Shown here: one piece after another, positions 61,059 to 64,000 of the stretch
Layout: the number at the start of each line of letters is the position of its first letter
How positions within the stretch are numbered: the stretch's first letter is position 1
Source: Takakia lepidozioides
Lineage: Eukaryota; Plantae; Bryophyta
Length of the DNA: 64,000 nucleotides
NCBI GenBank assembly: GCA_030704615.1
Contig: CM060731.1
Location: 71,424,001-71,488,000 of the forward strand
Direction: 5' to 3'
Notes under the pieces: generated by a model
Seen by the model: the letters and a program-made list of their open reading frames with translations, nothing else
Databases searched by the model: none
Told to the model about the DNA's origin: nothing
Translations under genes and position numbers: made by a program

Positions 61059-62959
61059 AGCATCAAGTGTTGCGTCCGCCACCTATGTTGTTGGATCATG
61101 AAAATGAACCTGAGTACCCTAAACCCTAAACTCCTTGATGTGGGACGCCACAACTTGGATGTTCGTTTCTACAAAATGGACAAGTCGATGAGGACATCGA
61201 CTCCCTATTGGTAAGGGTGTGTGTCGCGGCCCTTTGCCTTGAGGGCAGGGGGTCGGGACACATGAGGGGCTGCCCCTGTGGTGGGGGCAGCGGCAGCGAT
61301 AGGTATGGGGGGCTGAAGCACCCTTGAGTGCCCAAGGCACTCAGGGAAGCGGAGGCGCTCACTAGGTGGAACCCCGCACACCGGGTTGCGGTGGGGGTGG
61401 CTCCACAAGGGGTGGTGGTAGCTTAGCGGGACTTAGTGGGGGTGGCATAGGACTCACCATGGGGGCGGAGACCTCGTGGTGGGAGTCGTGGGGAGTCTTG
61501 GGACTCATCACGGTCCATAGGGGCCGTGGTGAGCGGGCCAAGACTCACCGCGACTCATCACCGGGAGTCAAGGGTTTTCGTGGTGGTTCGCCATAAAATG
61601 GCATGGCTGGTTGTGAAACCCCCGCGGACAGCTACAGATGTATATATAGGGAGTAGTAACCCCGAGAACGGTGCAAGCCCGTTGGTGACCAAAAACTAGT
61701 GAGTAAGCGAGCGAGCCGGAAAGCGACCAAAGAGTGGGGAGCTGTTCCAGACTGCCATCTACCAAAGGAAATTCCTCTAGGCCCAAATAGGTGGAGGGTT
61801 TAGTGGGAAGCGAAGGGGGGGACCGTTATGTCCCGGTGAGCAGCCGAAGCTCCAAGTTGGCCCGGCGGCCAGGTTGGGAGTCAGGCGCGCGCATCAAAGC
61901 GAGTAACTATGACTTGAAGGGGAGCTTACCGAAGTGAGGTGCGCGACACTGACTCTCCCAAGAACCTTGAAACATCAAGAAGAATGCCAAATCATGGTAC
62001 TAACAGGAGCCAACAGCCCACATTTGCAGGATGGACAAACTTCTTCACGTCGTACATTAAGGAAAAGCCACACCTTGCGATTGCGGTCGTCACACCATCG
62101 TGAAGGATCTTTAAAAATCTCATGTCAGCTCTGCTCCGTGCTACAAATGAAGGGCCGAGTCTGATGAGAAGGCAAAACAGGCTGAAATAGGTCGAAGAAG
62201 AAGATGCCCTCACCACATTGTCCTCGACCTTGTGTCATGACCCATGGAGGATTTGACTGACCATGAACTCAAGAGGACCTCTTCAGTGTGCTGCTTGTTT
62301 CTGTAGTCAGGTAATGTCGGATTGGTCTGTGAGAACCACCACGGTGCAACTGAGCGGGTAGAGATTGAAACACGGTCTGCTAAGACCAAGCTGACTCTCC
62401 CAAGAACGGCGAGCTCCCAGCCAAAATCTCCTCGCACACATACCCTAGTGTTTCTAGGGTTGCTTGCTTCAGATGCGAAGGTTGCTCCAACTGCGGCCTC
62501 CCATGCATGTTTGCCTTCCCTCCCGCTCGCTCGCTCTAAGTCCTAGCCCTCTCTCTCTATCTCCCTTCCTCCCGCTCACTCTAATTCTATTCACGGCTAC
62601 CGTGATGGGCAACTTTTTAAGTTTTTTAACCTTTTTGCAAACCCTATAAGCAACTTTTTGATTTTTGATTTTTTTTAAAGGAAGCCTTAGGCCTTTGAGG
62701 AAGGGGAAAAATTAACCCCTTTCATTTGGGCCATGAGACCTACAGGACGATCAACGCCCACACATATCGTCATGAACAATCCCACACATGGGGTAGGGCA
62801 GCGGGTTTGAACCTTGAACCACTGGGGCGACACACTGTGCACCTACCAGCCGATGTGTTTTTTTTTTAATCTTTTGCACTTTGATTTTTTTTAAAAAATT
62901 CATTCTAGTGGTTAGAGTCTCCGACATTTTTTCAAAATATAAACACTGATATATTATAT

Positions 62960-63320
62960 ATATAACCAGAAAAGCATCTGTCGACACGTGCAGTCATGTA
63001 GTGATTCATCCATGTGATGATCTGGCAGAATGCATTAGAGTGAGAGTCATGAAGTCATATGTCCGTCTAGCAATTTGCACACATCATTTCAGTGTAGGCA
63101 TGACCGTGACTAGTAGTCATATCTGCCATGCCAATATTTGTGGTCAAACATGTTTGACATGTGTTGCGCAAAGTCCGAAGTCATGCAATCGCATATACGC
63201 CCTCCCCAGACCTGCGTTATGACTTCAAAAGGCATTTACGACTGCAAATGGCATTTCTGCCACAAATTTGTCATGACTGCGCAGCCATGGGAGTCATAAA
63301 AGCCGCAATCTGTTGTAGTG
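62960..63320 (-). mobile_element. Probable CACTA terminus with subterminal gtcatg/catgac repeats
   Basis: tgttgtagtg (reverse complement CACTACAACA) at 63311-63320 abuts Gypsy-derived sequence; partner end not found. Confidence 0.5.
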
Positions 63321-63378
63321 GCAACCAAGGCGACGGTGATGGATGAGGTTGGACGCGCTTCATCTTTGAAGTAAGGCT

Positions 63379-64000
63379 TCAAAAGGGAGACGGCAGCTCC
63401 AATTCATACACATCCTCATTCATAACCTTCCGAATGCGAAAGGGTCCCGCATACGGAGGTACGAACTTCGGACTCACTTCCGGAGGTAGTCGGAAATTCT
63501 TGATGTTCAACCAGACCTCTGTGCCTGCCTCAAATTTCACTTCCCTCCGCTTCCGATTCGCCTGCCTTTCATACCGTTTCCTAGCATACTTTACGAGCTT
63601 CAACAAACGCTCGCGTTCTTCCAGTACCGCCGCTACTGCCGGTTCCTCAACGTCCTGGGCGGCCCAACTTGTCGGCACCAGAGGTGCTTTTCCATAGACC
63701 AATACGAAAGGGGAAACTCCCGTTGCAGAGTGTTCTGTGTTATTATAACATAACTCTGTCGCGTCTAAGTGTTCCACCCACCCAGTCTGTTTGGTCTGCC
63801 GACACGTAATTTCCGCAAGATCTGCTTCACTACGGAATTCACTCTTTCTGTTTGGCCGTCGGTCGTAGGTCGGAAGGCGGTGCTCATCTTTAGCCTCGTC
63901 CCCATCTTCTTCCAAAGTGCCCTCCAAAATTTACTCGTAAACTTTGGATCGCGGTCCGAGACAATATCCTTCGGGACTCCATGATGCTTTAAGACGTGGG
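63379..64000 (-). pseudogene. Integrase core/C-terminus of an unrelated Ty3/Gypsy element
   Basis: HGVPKDIVSDRDPKFTSKFW, YNNTEHSATGVSPF, PPYAGPFRI..YELELP. Confidence 0.85.

Noticed and set aside
61116-61130. Telomere-like accctaaaccctaaa near the copy 3 breakpoint
   Set aside because: Only two units; common telo-box motif; not at the junction itself

Overview
Eukaryotic, intron-rich, transposon-dense window. The gene content suggests a land plant, probably non-seed (inference). Two host genes lie in the middle: a chloroplast-type MATE/DTX transporter (19.4-25.4 kb) and the riboflavin enzyme PYRR (29.5-37.3 kb, with a LINE in one intron). Both flanks are nests of two transposon families that each carry a DNA methyltransferase-like gene. 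(1) A Ty3/Gypsy-type family (three coding copies plus terminal relics) with the order Gag-protease-DNMT3-like C5 methyltransferase-[UAG CAA CCA readthrough]-RT-RNaseH-integrase-PHD. It has a self-complementary (Tf1-like) primer site and a permuted LTR: integrated copies start and end at an LTR-internal palindrome (CA-GC-TG), with a 4-bp TSD seen for one copy. (2) A 12.8-kb Mutator-like element (10-bp TSD, degenerate TIRs). It encodes a GCM-like/DDE/SWIM transposase and, divergently, a spliced gene for a ParB-N-like domain fused to a beta-class N4C/N6A methyltransferase-like domain, with a 24-unit array of near-perfect 36-bp palindromes in that gene's predicted first intron. A second, rearranged relative of this MULE lies at 42.7-58.3 kb. 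Also present are TTAA-flanked piggyBac-like MITEs, an L1 relic, a CACTA end and two inferred ~2.3-2.4-kb inversions. All calls are by eye from motifs; no database searches were run.
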